A stretch of DNA of 64,000 nucleotides. Origin: Bugula neritina. Its lineage: Eukaryota > Animalia > Bryozoa. The stretch is taken from the NCBI GenBank assembly GCA_964035545.1, contig OZ037767.1:7760581-7824580 (forward strand), given 5' to 3'. A program made the position numbers and the translations under genes. Numbering within the stretch: the first letter of the stretch is position 1; the number at the start of each line of letters is the position of its first letter. Below the pieces are notes generated by a model. It was not told the DNA's origin, did not search any database, and saw only the letters and a program-made list of their open reading frames with translations. Positions 13,701 to 26,525 of the stretch are shown here, piece after piece.

Positions 13701-16700
13701 TTCATACCTGTATATTGTTAGAAAATACAAAGTAGTTACTGTTATGCATACATTTTGCTTTCTTTTTAATGATCAACCGATAATAATTGGTTTGGTATCA
13801 GTATATGTTAGATGTTGATAGAAACATGCTGTTTCTTATATCACATACTTACTGTAAATTGCTGTAATTAACTTTAGGGTTACAATTAAAAAGCCAAGGT
13901 TGCGATTCCTGATTCCATTGACTGAAAGATGCTGTTACAGAAGTATAGTCTTGATATACTATACCATCATTCTTTGCTACATTGAATGTAGGGATATGAT
14001 CTACAACAATTCAAAAAGGTCTTAGTTGTAAAGTCGTTTGAATAGTTTACTTGATCAAAAATTATGTCAGCTTTTTAATAACTTTTATAAAATAAGAAAC
14101 ATATTCGGCTTGAGTGATCACCATCAGAAATGTATAGGCAGATATGAACGCATAAACTTTGTGAATTTAAAAATTCAGATGGACTATGCTTTTGATCGCT
14201 AAACCTAATAGAATGTCATTACATATTAAAAGTTAGTAAACAAAGACATTATTTGATAACATGTACAAATTTTGTGCATTGATTACCAAGCTTAACAGAA
14301 AGTCATATTATAATATAATAAAAGTTAGTAAACAAAGACATTTCAAGATGACATAAAATCAATGAATAAATAGTGTTGAAAAAAATGCGTATGTTCGAGT
14401 GATATCAGTTCATTCAGTCAATTATCATTAAATTTTGTAAACTCAAACAAATGGTTCAAAAAATAATATTTGCAAGATTGTTCATGCGTTCTTTAAAAAA
14501 AATATAAATGTGTAGCAAAAAATTCACCCTAGGGTGAGTCCAGCAACATTGAATAACATTTAATTGTCAGATTGCTAGTTAGCATGTGGGCTAGGACAGT
14601 TGTTTCCACCAGATACAAACCACATTTGAAAGCTGTTTGTTTTAATTGAGGCCAGGAAATAAATCAAAAAACTGATACAGAAATTTTAAGAAATAAAATA
14701 AATTATGTTAGTAAGCAAAATACAATAATTATACTCTACTCACCATAGCCATATATTTCAACTTCTCTGAATGCTACTCCTGTATTGCTATAGGCGAGTA
14801 TAGCAAACTGTTGCATGTATGGAGATACATTCAGTGCACATAACACATTAAAAATAACTCCTTGAGGATCATGAACATAATATTTACATCTCTCCCAGTT
14901 ATTGTTTGACCAAGAGTTTGGTGGTTTGTTTGCATCATGTGGCTCTGAGTTAGTCAGGTAAAACATCTGCTTTAGTCTGTCAGCTATAAATCATGATTAA
15001 AATAGACAATCATAAAACAAGTTATTGACTGAAAAATATAAGCCAATAAAACTGTTGTTTACGACTTTAATTCATACTTGTTGTTCAAATGCACAGCACT
15101 TAGTAATGAATATTATCATATTCAAAAAACTTCATTGTGTTCAAATCAAAAGTAGTCACAGGTAGCAATGATTTAATGTTATTCTAATCTCTTTTAAATA
15201 AAACCATATTTCATCCTACATTTCTTCTATTCTAATCTAATTTGTCACCAACAGTGATGGGTTACTCAACTAACTGATAAAAGCTTTTTTATTATGAATA
15301 TTTGCCATACTAATTGAAAATCTTAAAGATGCAGAACTTTCACAAGCTGCAAATAAGCACTGTTGAAATTACATTAACAAGAGTGATGAGAATACATTAG
15401 AGTTTGCACATTATTGACATTTGGAGTTTTATATCCCGATTTTTAGAGCTCAAATTATTTCACAAATCTTGCAATAATTTCCTAATCTTCCGATCTGCGA
15501 AGAAATGCAATAATGACTTATACCTAATATAAGGTAGAACTAATTAATGAAAATATTAATAATACAAATATATATTTTATACTATTTTTGTATTAGCCAT
15601 TTGTAATCGTCAATCAAAGGTTTTGCAATGAAACTGGACAGATCAATAATTGAAATACTAAATGTATTTAAATAGTTCAAAATCTTCTACTTGGCATTTT
15701 ATTAGGTTTGACGGTGACATATGGAACTATATACAAGTTGAAAAAAGACAAAAATTATTCGTCTTATGGAGCACCAGTGCACATAGACTCTAAGATAATA
15801 TCAAGTCAAATTAAAAGAGGTAATTGATGGTTTATGGAAGGCTTGCATTATTATGTTAACGTTACTTTGGTTATTAGTATAAAAATCGTACCACAAGGGT
15901 TTCCATTACAGTCCCCATCTCGAGCATATATTCTGGCAAACTGGAAAATGATTTTTCTCCCCAAGTCCACTTTCCACCATTCACCGGCTTTAGACTGTCC
16001 TGTGTTAGAATAGCTACTGTCTATTTTACCATCAATAGAAACTTCAGCAGACCAGTTACTATCACCTCCTGTATAAGTTGACTCCTGATAGGCTGTGCCT
16101 TTAGTAGCATAATTTATTCCTGAAATCACAAACATAATATGACATTGTATAAAAATATGCATACATGTAGTGCATGAAGATGTTCGCTGACAATTCCTAA
16201 AGTCATTAAAGTCTTAAACTAGATGTTTTATCAAAAATATATCATGGGAAAGGTTGCATGACAATATCACTATAACAAGAGAATATCCATGTCTGGTATG
16301 ATCAAAATTGCATTTTCTTTTTAAGCTATGGTCATGCAATATTTATAAAATTTGGTTGGCAATGAGTTTTATTGTTTTTATTAGAATAGATGGCGCCAGA
16401 AACAAATATTACCAGAACCTTGTATGTGACTTCACCCCACAGCTTTGATGTAAAGTCAGCCTTGCAATAGGCTAATTCCTTATGTCATTCAATGATTCAT
16501 GAATGCAGTGAAAAATTGGCACTGATCCTAGCTTTATAAAGATAAACAATTCTGTCTACTTTGAGCATTAATTAAACTTGATCTCATATGAAATATTAGA
16601 ATTAGGAATGGTTAAGTTTATGTACCAAGGTTTTCTGCAGACTAGAATTACCAACGAAATAAAAAAAACTCTTCTTATTCTATTTATTTTAAAAATTTGA

Positions 16701-19700
16701 TGGATAGCTTATCCAATGTGTGATTAATTTGTATAAGAGAAATACCAATCGGGAAAATCTTGACCTAGGAGTCATCTGGTAAAATAATAATCTTATAAGT
16801 AACACAATACGCTATTTATCAAAAAAAATTGATTTTTTAAACAAAAACTTATAGCATTGTTTTGTTAGGAAAAAACTAGTCTCTAAAAATTGGTTGTATA
16901 GGGTTTTGCAGAGTTGAAAAAGGATAAAAATTTACAATGTAACAGAAACATTGAAGTTTTAAAAACACATTTAAACAGATTTTTAATATTGAAAGAAGTC
17001 TGGGGATTGTTTCAAATATTTTTACTATTATAAAACACGAGAGTTTGTGTAAAATGCTTTGTTAAAAATTCAAAAGAAAAGCTTTTTGACAAAGCTATAT
17101 TGATTGGCCTGCTGTACCAGTCGAAGAAGATAACAGTAGATGCCCACTTAGTTGAAAACGTACTAAACTTGGTGCTCAGTATTTTTTAAACATAACACTG
17201 TGAATGCTGCATATAACTGTACAAATTATTAAAATATGTAAATGTTATAGGCCACTATCATAAGGCAGTATTTTTTATACCTAATTAATTGTAAAACTCA
17301 CTTTTCTTTGAGAAGATTTGAACTTCTTTAAGGGAGATAATTCCTTTCTGATCTCTAGAAACAGCAATGTGCCTAAACATTCTTACATAACTGAATTCAA
17401 TGACGTGGAGGTAGTTTATTGGATCATTCTGAGTAGAGATAACTTCCCAGTCAGATGTAGAGGGATATGAAGTAGTGGATACTGTCTCTTTGTTAGAACC
17501 CCACACAGTTATATTTGATAGTCTGTCACCTAAAATATAATGTCTGCCATACAAAACTTATACACTTATAACTCATTATTATAATATTATGTTAAAAAGT
17601 GTTTGCCAACAACAACCACTGTTAGATGCTAAAACTGTGTTAATAAACTCTACAGTACATTTTCATACAGGGTTAATGTTAACAACTAAATTTCACTTTA
17701 TACAGACGAACATCCTAAAGTGGTGCAAATGGACATTTCAACATCATGCAGTTATATGTCAAAAGTAGAAATGATTTTTAATCAAAAGTTATGCACCATT
17801 GTTGAAATGCTTTTTCTATGTACAGCTAAATGTTAAAGCAGTTTTTAATCATGTTTGGTTATTGTAAAAGTTTTATATCATAAATGTTTACACTTAAAAT
17901 TTACTTTCAGAGAAAGAAACTAGTTGAGAAACTGAAGTCACATAGAATGTGTAAGCTTTAGAAAAAGAAGCTACTCATGCAGTACAAAATTCTAGGAAAT
18001 CAAAACTCAGCAGGTATTTTAAGCAGTGGTGTCTATTGTAGTGAACAGTATGCAAACCTTGCAATTAAGTTGCATTTTGCTCAATTATGTATGATGTTTT
18101 TTCAGGTAAGCTAGCTGTGACTACAGTAAATTCTTGGCTTTGAAAACGGTCAGTTTGCCAAAGCCTGTGTCACTGGAGAGGTCAATTTGTAGACAGCCAA
18201 ATAAGATTGAAGGTGTGCATGAGGTAGAGCTTAATATAGCGAAGAAGATTAAGTGCAACAACCACGAGCCTAACTTTCTTATCTCTGTCATACAATGGTA
18301 ACAGTGTCAACAATGTGAATATACTAGACTCAACTAGTAAGTTATAGATCTAAAGGTTTATTGAACAAAATCAAGATGTATAAATAAATAAAATATTATT
18401 GTCATTTTAACACAAACTCATGAAAGTTGATAGTCACCATCCCTGTGAGAAGCTTAATGCCGGCTTGTATAAACAAGGGGCTATAATATCTTATAGTAAC
18501 CAAAAATGAGTTTTTGTGTTGATTTCACATGCTTGTTATTAAAGACCTATGTAATATAATTGGTGACAGTAAATAATTCTCTTAAGTCATATTATTTGTA
18601 TCATAAAAATACAGTGTTAACAGGTTTTTCATGATATAGAAACTTATTTGACATGTTGACTTGAAATTACAATTATATGATACGTCATATGAGCAAATAG
18701 TGGCTTGTCTTAAGTTAATGAAGAAACAGTATAAAGTAAACTCAATTTATTCCATATTTCTATCACTTGCATAGGATATTACAATGCATATGTATGCTGT
18801 ATGCAGTATATCTATCACTCTAAACGACTATATTAGTCAAATAGACAACGAATCAACAGTAAAGATATTCAATACTTTTGTGAGTAAAAAACTTTTGAAA
18901 ATTGAGAAGCCTCAATTAAGTTGCAGAAGTACAGTAATAAATCTTATAGATGGATAGTTTAATGAAACAAAAATATTTTGGTTGGCTATACATAATTACC
19001 TTTGAGCAGGAATATAACAAATTTAAACTTTGGATAGTAAATAATAATAACAGAAGCAGATACTTACGGTTACCCTGTCTATTGTAAAGTTCAATCCACT
19101 GAACATTATACGTGTCTCCTAAGTCAACCATCCAGAACTGTTTCTCCTTGTTTTGTGTATGGGTCACTAAGTAATCATTTGTATCAACAGCAGCTATTAT
19201 TCCATCAACACCATAACTTGGAGAAAAATTAACATAGTCGATGTAGGTGCTGCTTTCATGTGTAGTCTTTCTGTACGCCAAGTTATCTAAAAAGTACAAA
19301 TATTGGAACAAAGTAGTTGGATGCCACTACGAAAATGGGCGAGTGGCAAACATAATACTGTTGTTGCTATATATAAATTACTGTTAAGCCAACATTATAT
19401 TGATTTCAAAGCTGCAAGTAACATTTTTGCATCTAGGAGACGGCCATTCTTGAAACGGATGGGTATACAGGAATTGGTTGAATGTCAAGAAGACATCATG
19501 AAATTTGACCTACCACTAGCTAAAGACCTGGCCACTCTTGTGAAAATCACATGAAACTTGTGTGACAGTTTTTGTTATGACCAGCCACACACTCGTCAGA
19601 TAAAACCCATAATAAATAGTCAATGAATTAGTCTTGTACACAATATAAACAGTAAAAAATTGCCCAAACAAAAAAACTTTATGGAAATGAAATAATCACT

Positions 19701-22700
19701 CTTGCTAAAATTCTATTGACCAATTAAATCGATTGTGATTTGTTGTTCATCATCATTGTTGGCAGTTTGGTCTCAAAGAAAGAGGTTGTGTTTTCAATGT
19801 TCTTTGTATTCTAGTCGCTATTTTTGTTACTTTTACGGCTTACATTGTGGTGCAGTTATTGCAGCCTTAGTTTATGCTAGCTTATAACCGCTCTTATCTA
19901 CATTGACAGCAAATGGTCAACAAATAACAACCTTATATTATTCAACTACATAAACAATCACTGTGGAATTATGACAATAAAATCAAAACCTCACTGGCTT
20001 CCAATAGAGTTTACTCCAAATATCACTGTATCATGCTATACTTTCTTCACAGGTGCCTCCATGCAGACTAAAACAAAATGCTTCATCTACAGCTAAAACA
20101 ATATCAACACAAGTTAAAGAACTAAAGAAAGAGCACCAAATTATTGTATTCTTGTGGCAGTGGATTTTAATTAGCTTCTGCCTAAACTTGATGGATACTA
20201 TCAAACAGTAAAAACACTTACCTAAAACAATACAATTTTTGATAAATGCTATATCATGCAGAATTAAAGATGCCTTCAAACAATGCCATCAACTTGCAAA
20301 GCTTGGTGGGTCAGACCACTTTATAACACACTTCGTACCAACCTACACACCCTTATCTTATAAATACAAGCCAACTGGAGTCATCCGACATAAACATTCT
20401 GAAGAGAACTGTGAAAAACTGGAGGCAGCATTGGATATTACTATATCTGAAATAGTCTGCTCTCTGATGATGATAACATCCATCAACATACTGGAATTGT
20501 AGCAGGCTATATAAACTTCTGCACAGATATGTGCATACTAAAGAAGAGCTTCAGAACATGTACCAATCAGAAACCTTGGATTACTAAACATATAACAAAA
20601 AGGATGTATTTAAAGCAAGTAGCCCACAAGGATGGAAACCGTAAACTATATATAATAAGCTTAAATGTGACATCACCAGATCTATAACCAACAGCAAACA
20701 TAATTACTCTAAGAAAATCCAACTACAACTAGTAAATCAACCAGCCAAAGCATGGCTTGATATAAACAAAATAAGTGGTCTACCACATAGCAAAACACTT
20801 ACTACTAAAACTAACCTATTTACACCTGATGACCTAAATACCTTCTTCACCCGATATGAAAAGCTTGTATCTCATCAGCCTGTTTTTGATAAAAACATTA
20901 ACAGTGCACCACTATTAGAAATATCAGAATATGCTGTTTATAACAGCTAAAGGGACTAAATTCACAAAAAAAGGTGCAGGTCTTGATCGTCTTATTCTGA
21001 AAGTTTTGAAAATCTGCTGCTATCAACTAGCACCTGTCTTTGCAAAAATGTTTACTTTCTCCATGAAATCTAAGTCAACTCCAAATTCATGGAAATCTGC
21101 AATGATCAAGCCACTTCCTTAAATAAAGGATCCTGAACTACTTAAACAATATTGCCCAATTGCTCTCATAAGCTGTATATGCAAAACTCTGGAAAGGCTC
21201 ATCAAACACTACATTAATAACTCATACATCTTTAGATAGATATCAGTTCACATATTGTACAAATCACTCTATACAATTGATGCGCTGTTATGTAGAACTA
21301 CAACTGTGACAAGTTTTACTGACAAGAAAGCATCCAATTATGCAAGGTGCCTCTTTTTAGACTTCTCTTCTTCATTCAATACTATATCTATAGTTGCGTT
21401 TATACCTCTGCTGAAAAAAGTACCCAGTTTAAGTTAATAATGCTAGTCCGGATACCCCTTTATAGTCAAACCGAAACTCGTTGAAGTCATATTGATGCGG
21501 TTGCTCACTTTCTGAAATTGAAATTTGACTCGCATAATAGCTATTTGATGCCCTTTGTAAACGTCGTGAATTAGTGAAGCGGAAAGCATAAAAGCGATAA
21601 TTGAGAAAGCGTAGGCTATATAATTATAACCGTATAAGTACGTTGTCTAATCGCCAAAGTAATAACTAAATAACGATGTTTACAAGGAGTTATTACTCCT
21701 ATTCTAAAATTGGCCGATTAAGTTATCACAGTACAAAAATTTCAACGGGTGGCTTTTACAATGCAATGCAACTCGGAGAAATTTCAACCCGGCCAAATTG
21801 AAATTTTGACCGAAAATCGTGAAGGTATAAACGCAACTTATTTCAGACCTCATTACTCGACTAACTCATCTTGACTGCAATGTTACTGAGGAGATTTACA
21901 GTTTTCTTACAAACAGAGTACAGCCCACAATAGTAGATGACATATAGCATACCCAAGAAGTGATGTTCTCAACTTAACATGCTAAACCTCATACCCCTAA
22001 TATTGTATTCAATGGAACTAACATTGTACTGTCTGATAAAGTGAGATACTTTGGTGTGTTAGTAGATCAAAATTTCAAATTTCATGAACATGCACAACCA
22101 GTAGTTACAACAGTATCAAGAAAAATGTATATTGTGAAGAATTTTGTGCATCTCAGCTCTAAACCTCTTGCAAATATGTTATTCAAAAGTTTCATCATGT
22201 TCAGTATCGCCCATTGTCTACCTATTATTTGTACTTGCATTTATGCCAGTGATAAAAAAGCTATCCTAAAGATGTCCAAAGATTGCTCAAAACTTAGGAT
22301 TGAGCATCTAAATATTGATTTGCACATTCAGAAGCTCACTAAAAAACTTGCCATTAAATATATATAGTAGACAATGACCATTTCATCAGTAACTTTTTGA
22401 GCCCAATGCCCTTCTGGAAGTTATCGTACCATCAAAAACAGAGGGGCATGGGGCCGAGATAGTTTCTTTTGACATCTTGTAAATATTTTAAATAAGCTTT
22501 GATTGTAAATAATCCCAACAGAGTTTTGACTTTTCTCTTATTTTCGTTTGTTCCTATTTATGTTATAGCCAGTATTTAGACTGAATTTTGCTATGTGTTG
22601 TCATGTTTGTGATATGCAATAAATAAATAAATCAATCAATCAATATCTTTGTCCATGCAGCAAACTAAAATAGCACTTGTAAATCTACGAGAAATATTAC

Positions 22701-25700
22701 CAGGAATATACCTGTGTTCAAAATTTATTTAAAATACTCTAAAAAAGATTATGTGAAACTGTAGCAGGGGAAAAAACTTAATCTCAAGTTATTTTTTGAT
22801 GATAAATAATGACAAAATCAAGCAGTTTTGATTAGCAAAAAGACTAAATTATCCGACTAGAAACAAGCATATAATTAAATAACTATAAACCTATGGACCA
22901 CTTACACTGATTCAGATTTAAAACTAAAAAGGCTATATAGTGTAGCTTCTAATAATTTGAAATTAGTTCTGCAACTGATTTCAAAGCTATTACACTAGCA
23001 AATATTGGCCAGGTATCGTACAGTTTCATGCAACCCAAAAGACAATGTTGACCTTTTGAGAAGATGCGGTTAATGGAAAGAAGACTGCAAAATGCACCTC
23101 AACAAGTCAAATTTAAAAAATTGACCTAAAAATAGATTTACTGAAACTAAAAAAAATATTGAGTGTCTGTTTTTTGCAGGAAGCTAAAGATCAAAATAAT
23201 TAAACTTGTAGCAAACAAAAACTAAACTTTTATGATTTTGAGTGTCCAAAAAGCAGTCACAAAATCCAGTCAAGAGAATTTGCTGAACATTATAAAATTT
23301 ATTAAAAATTCATTACCCTTATTACATTATGGCTGTTAGCAAAGCTTGCAGCAACAAAAATATTTGAATTGGGTCAAAATCTGATCTCAAGAATACCGGG
23401 TCGTAGACACCCCATAAAATAAATGTAGATTATGTGTGTTTATGTATTTTGCAACACTGTATTATTCTATTGTATTTGGTTTGCTCACGTGATGCTGTCA
23501 AATTATTGTTGGTTACAAGTCATGACTTGCTGATAGCTTTTCAGCTTTGAAAAGTGAAAGAAGTGAGCTGCAACCTTTCTCATGCTTTTTGAATCTTTAG
23601 TTTTGTGCTGTAACACTGTGAAAGTTTTTGTTCAGTTTGTTTTGGTATGCTTATATAAATATAGTAGCTCTAATCAACAAGCTATTTTAGCCCAAATTTA
23701 AAATATTGAAATGGCTAGTGGAAAATTGTCTGACATTGCAAAGAATTATGTAGGCTACAGTACTATAGTATAGTGGATAATTCACTGTTTGGATGGAGAA
23801 ACTAAAACTAGTAGCCTAGCTGCAAGATATAAAATTGACAAAAACTCAAGTTTCTACCACTCATCTTAGCTGGTCCAGTTTTTGCTGTCTACCAGAAAAT
23901 TTCTGATGGTGACCTAATAGACTATGAAGGGCTAAAATCGAAGTTTACGGCTGCATTCAATACGAACTCAATTACAGCATAAATAAGCAGCTCCGTAACA
24001 TAGTTGTGACAGTTGATGTGTATTTGACTGATTTGAGAAGACTGCCTTAGGTAATAAGCCAGAAAAATGCTAATGCTTTCTTACGGTGCTCTCTTAATTG
24101 TGGCTAATCTACCATCTCAAATATTGCTATATTTTTTTCAGTAAGTGTGGGTAAGGTGTATCCGTTTTTAGTACATTACTCAAAGTTATGCAATCGACTT
24201 CCCTGGTTTGTTTCGTGAGAATAGTACGATATATTTTTCTATGATAGATACGACAACAACGTTATAATTAATCCATTCAATACTACTATTATACATAAGT
24301 GTCCATTCTTTGTCTGACTGATCACAACCAACTTGGGAGCAGACTGCCCCTCATGATATAATTAGATCCCCATATGTAGAAAAAGAAAAAAACAAAAATA
24401 AAACATGGCAACATACATTACTACACATGCTGAATAGCCTTAATTAGAAAAGAGAGGATATATATATATTGAATGTGGATTATTATGTGATTTCAAATTT
24501 CAAGCTGCCTAATTAGGCATAATAAAAAATAAATCAAATTCCAATTGGTGAAAATTAAATAGTTTCAAGAATTTCTACATAGAGAGCTTTTAGACTAGAG
24601 CCAGCAAAATATAAAACAGTATAAAAATGAAATCTGCATAAATTGCTGCCTAGTAATCCGCATGAATTGCTAAATACTTGTTCAACATTGAATAATGCTA
24701 ACTCATACCATCGCTTTGTTGTACTTCTACAAACACTTGTGTAGTGCTTTTATTATTTACTAGTTTTGGAAAAGAAATCTTTTACCAAATTGACTGTACG
24801 GCATGGTGATATTTCTCACAATTGAAAATATTTTGAGAAATTATAATTATATTTCTATGTTTACCAATAAAACTAATTATTGCAATATTTTATATTTTGA
24901 AACATCAATTTTATGCAAATTGACTCTCTGAGTTAGATTACCGCCAACAATTACAAAATTGTTCTACATTGGTTCAATTGCTCCACACAATGTTCACATT
25001 GTGGTAAACTCTCTAGTTACTGACACATCTCATTACATGAATTCTCTACCAAGAACAAGAAATAATCTGATAAACTGTACAACTTACAGTCCTGTTCATA
25101 CACTTCTACTTCAGCCAATGAAAGATGTTCTGTGTGAACACTGTATACAGCCACATATCTAACAAGAACATCAGATTCTAATATAACATTTGCTTCAGCT
25201 CCATATTGTTTATCTCTGTATGATCTGATCATCCAGTTACTGTCATTGGCTAGAGTCGGTTCCCCTGGGTTGTTTTCCGCAGATGTGAGGATGAAAATCT
25301 TCTGAAGCCTGTGACCTAAAGTTATGAAATTGAGCTCATAACACTTCTGTATAATATGCTTAAAAGGTGAACAAAGCATCATTTGGCAAAATTGGAATTT
25401 CTGCAACACACAACTTGTTACCTTAACAGATTAACCTAAAATTTGCTTTAATGAAAATCACACAGTAGTAACATATACTTTCTTGATATACTTATATACA
25501 TACACTGGTAGCAGTTATTATCCTGTCTGTTCCATATATTGATCCTGCTGACATGAAACTTCTTCTCCAAATCTACCATCCACCATTTCTCAACAGGCAG
25601 GCGTGAAGTGTGAGTGAAATCATCAATTCTTCCATTAACCGCATTTTTTGCCTCATACGGTCCATACATGTTTGATTGATGACATGGTTTGTTTAGAGCT

Positions 25701-26525
25701 AAATTATCTACAAATATATCTTATTAGTAACTAACTCTAATCAGAAATAGCTCCATATAATGCACCATTATTTTATTGAAGCCATCTATAGAATGTTTGA
25801 GGAGACTATCCTCTTATACAAAAACTTATATCTGAAGGTGCAACAAGCTAATTTTATTCTGCTGTGGTAAGTAGTATATAAGGAAACAAATTGGGCACAT
25901 TTATTAATGCTACTTGTATTTCTAGAATAACAGTGAGATTTACTAAAAAAATTAGATGCTCAGCAGTTTGGCGTCAACATGCAGTAGCTTCTATGACTTT
26001 TTCATGAAGAAGTTGCTTGAAGCAATCTATAAAATATTTTGTAGTCTCTATAGGGTTGAAGATTGACATAGTTAGGACTCGTAAAATTTATACTCAATTT
26101 GAGACAATGCTTAGTGATGCTACGGCCTGTGATTCACATCACTTAATAAAATATGTTGTGAACAAAACAATTGCATTTTCTGTCTTGAACATAACATTTT
26201 TAAATAGATTACTAAAAATTTTCAAGAACACATACTTGTTTATACACTGCAAGTCATACAATATTTGAAAAAGTTAGTAGCAACTCAATTGGTATTTTGT
26301 ATGTACTGACACTGGTGCAACCACTCATCAGTATTTAGCAAACTACAGCCTAACTGGTTCATTTATTCCACCTTAATAACTACAAATAAATTTATAGTCA
26401 AGCACTCAATTAAAAAAATAAATGCCTAAAGCTCTTTACCATGCATTACCTTGAGCAGTGCTGACTGAAAGACATACTGAGTACATGACAATCAGCAACC
26501 AGAGTCTTTCTACGCTAACCTTCAT
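7404..26525 (-). CDS. Gene A: type I membrane receptor with signal peptide, 3x F-type lectin, 3x FN3-like, RPTP juxtamembrane domain, Sushi/CCP, TM and Tyr-motif tail (no phosphatase domain); about 1108 aa
   Basis: Manually assembled GT-AG exons with continuous frame: 26450-26525 (MKVSVERLWLLIVMYSVCLSVSTAQ), 25504-25707, 25088-25315, 19068-19286, 17302-17529, 15892-16119, 14744-14983, 13853-14000, 13520-13707, 12912-13006, 12577-12775, 12283-12389, 11842-12034, 10841-10934, 9717-10002, 8487-8538, 8017-8241, 7404-7720. Total 3327 nt, with no internal stop. Extra small exons cannot be excluded without RNA data. Confidence 0.82.
8017..8241 (-). CDS. Gene A exon 17: Sushi/CCP domain (not in the ORF track)
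   Basis: Translates as CSNPPAGVGTKSSITRDPVQIGESVLYECEKGKEQVGGDHHLHCVLNTELVTEWLGEPLIC. This has the four Cys and the W-x-G-x-P-x-x-C signature, and is flanked by phase-1 AG/GT sites. Confidence 0.8.
8700..9330 (-). mobile_element. Degenerate Gypsy 5' fragment (PBS + gag) related to the 28143-31357 element, in intron 15 of gene A
   Basis: PBS TGGTGGCAGCGTCGGGAT at ~9312-9329. The gag remnant FQNHFGMTACYASNILQRFQR...LAQIAH...IYEAF aligns with LRARFGISAIDARARLQKLRR...LAQIAF...TYDAF of ORF 30253-31056. Confidence 0.7.
11387..11601 (+). mobile_element. tRNA-derived SINE with target-site duplication
   Basis: A-box-like TGGTCTAGGGG and B-box GGTTCGAGCCC. Flanked by the direct repeat TTATAGTGTTTTA (11371-11383 and 11602-11614). 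The orthologous intron of gene B (~49756-49780) has a single copy, i.e. the empty site. Confidence 0.8.
13186..13476. mobile_element. Short non-autonomous element with TGGCAC/GTGCCA sub-terminal inverted repeats and degenerate GGGTT(A/T)-like internal repeats; second copy ~51155-51450
   Basis: Three (A/G)TGGCAC repeats at the left, TGTGCC repeats at the right, and a GT-rich degenerate middle. Present at the same intron position in both paralogs. Confidence 0.5.
14744..25707 (-). CDS. Gene A exons 2-7: three tandem F-type lectin (fucolectin/FTP, F5/8 type C fold) domains, each split over two phase-1 exons
   Basis: Each repeat follows the pattern NLA(L/Y)xKxxxQ/ES...(A/G/S)(V/I)(N/D)G...(THT/SNT)...(W/F)WxVDL...(N/A)R...xRL...EV(E/Q)(V/I), for example NLALNKPCHQSNMYGPYEAKNAVNGRIDDFTHTSRLPVEKWWMVDL...WNRQD...HRL...LSLAEVEVY. 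Confidence 0.85.
19760..22645 (+). mobile_element. Degenerate non-LTR retrotransposon (Rex1/Babar-CR1 group), antisense in intron 3 of gene A
   Basis: Fragments KGAGLD..LKICCYQLAPVF..F..S...P.SWK.A.IKPLP, YARCLFLDFSSSFNTI, SFLTNRVQ and VRYFGVLVDQNFKF. 3' tail (ATAA)n(TCAA)n at ~22617-22643. Many stops and frameshifts; 5' boundary approximate. Confidence 0.8.
23780..24050 (+). mobile_element. Decayed LTR-retrotransposon gag remnant
   Basis: Frameshifted translation WMEKLKLVA...KFLPLILAGPVFAVYQKIS...YEGLKSKFTAAF...VDVYLTDLRRL resembles the N-terminal Gypsy gag pattern. Confidence 0.5.

Larger units (their letters stand above)
11080..20010. repeat. Segmental duplication: gene A exons 4-13 and introns, collinear with ~49480-59297
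   Basis: Exon sizes are near-identical (219/222, 228/228, 228/228, 240/237, 148/148, 188/188, 95/95, 199/199, 107/107, 193/190) and the introns are alignable by eye. Confidence 0.93.

Noticed and set aside
19560-19606. Possible hammerhead on the minus strand (TTTATCTGACGAGTG...)
   Set aside because: No GAAA after a valid stem II and no closing stem I. The paralogous site has CTGACAA.
24710-24727. 18-nt micro-exon (TTTGTAG...GTATGA) in intron 3 of gene A
   Set aside because: Joining it to exon 3 creates an immediate TAA.
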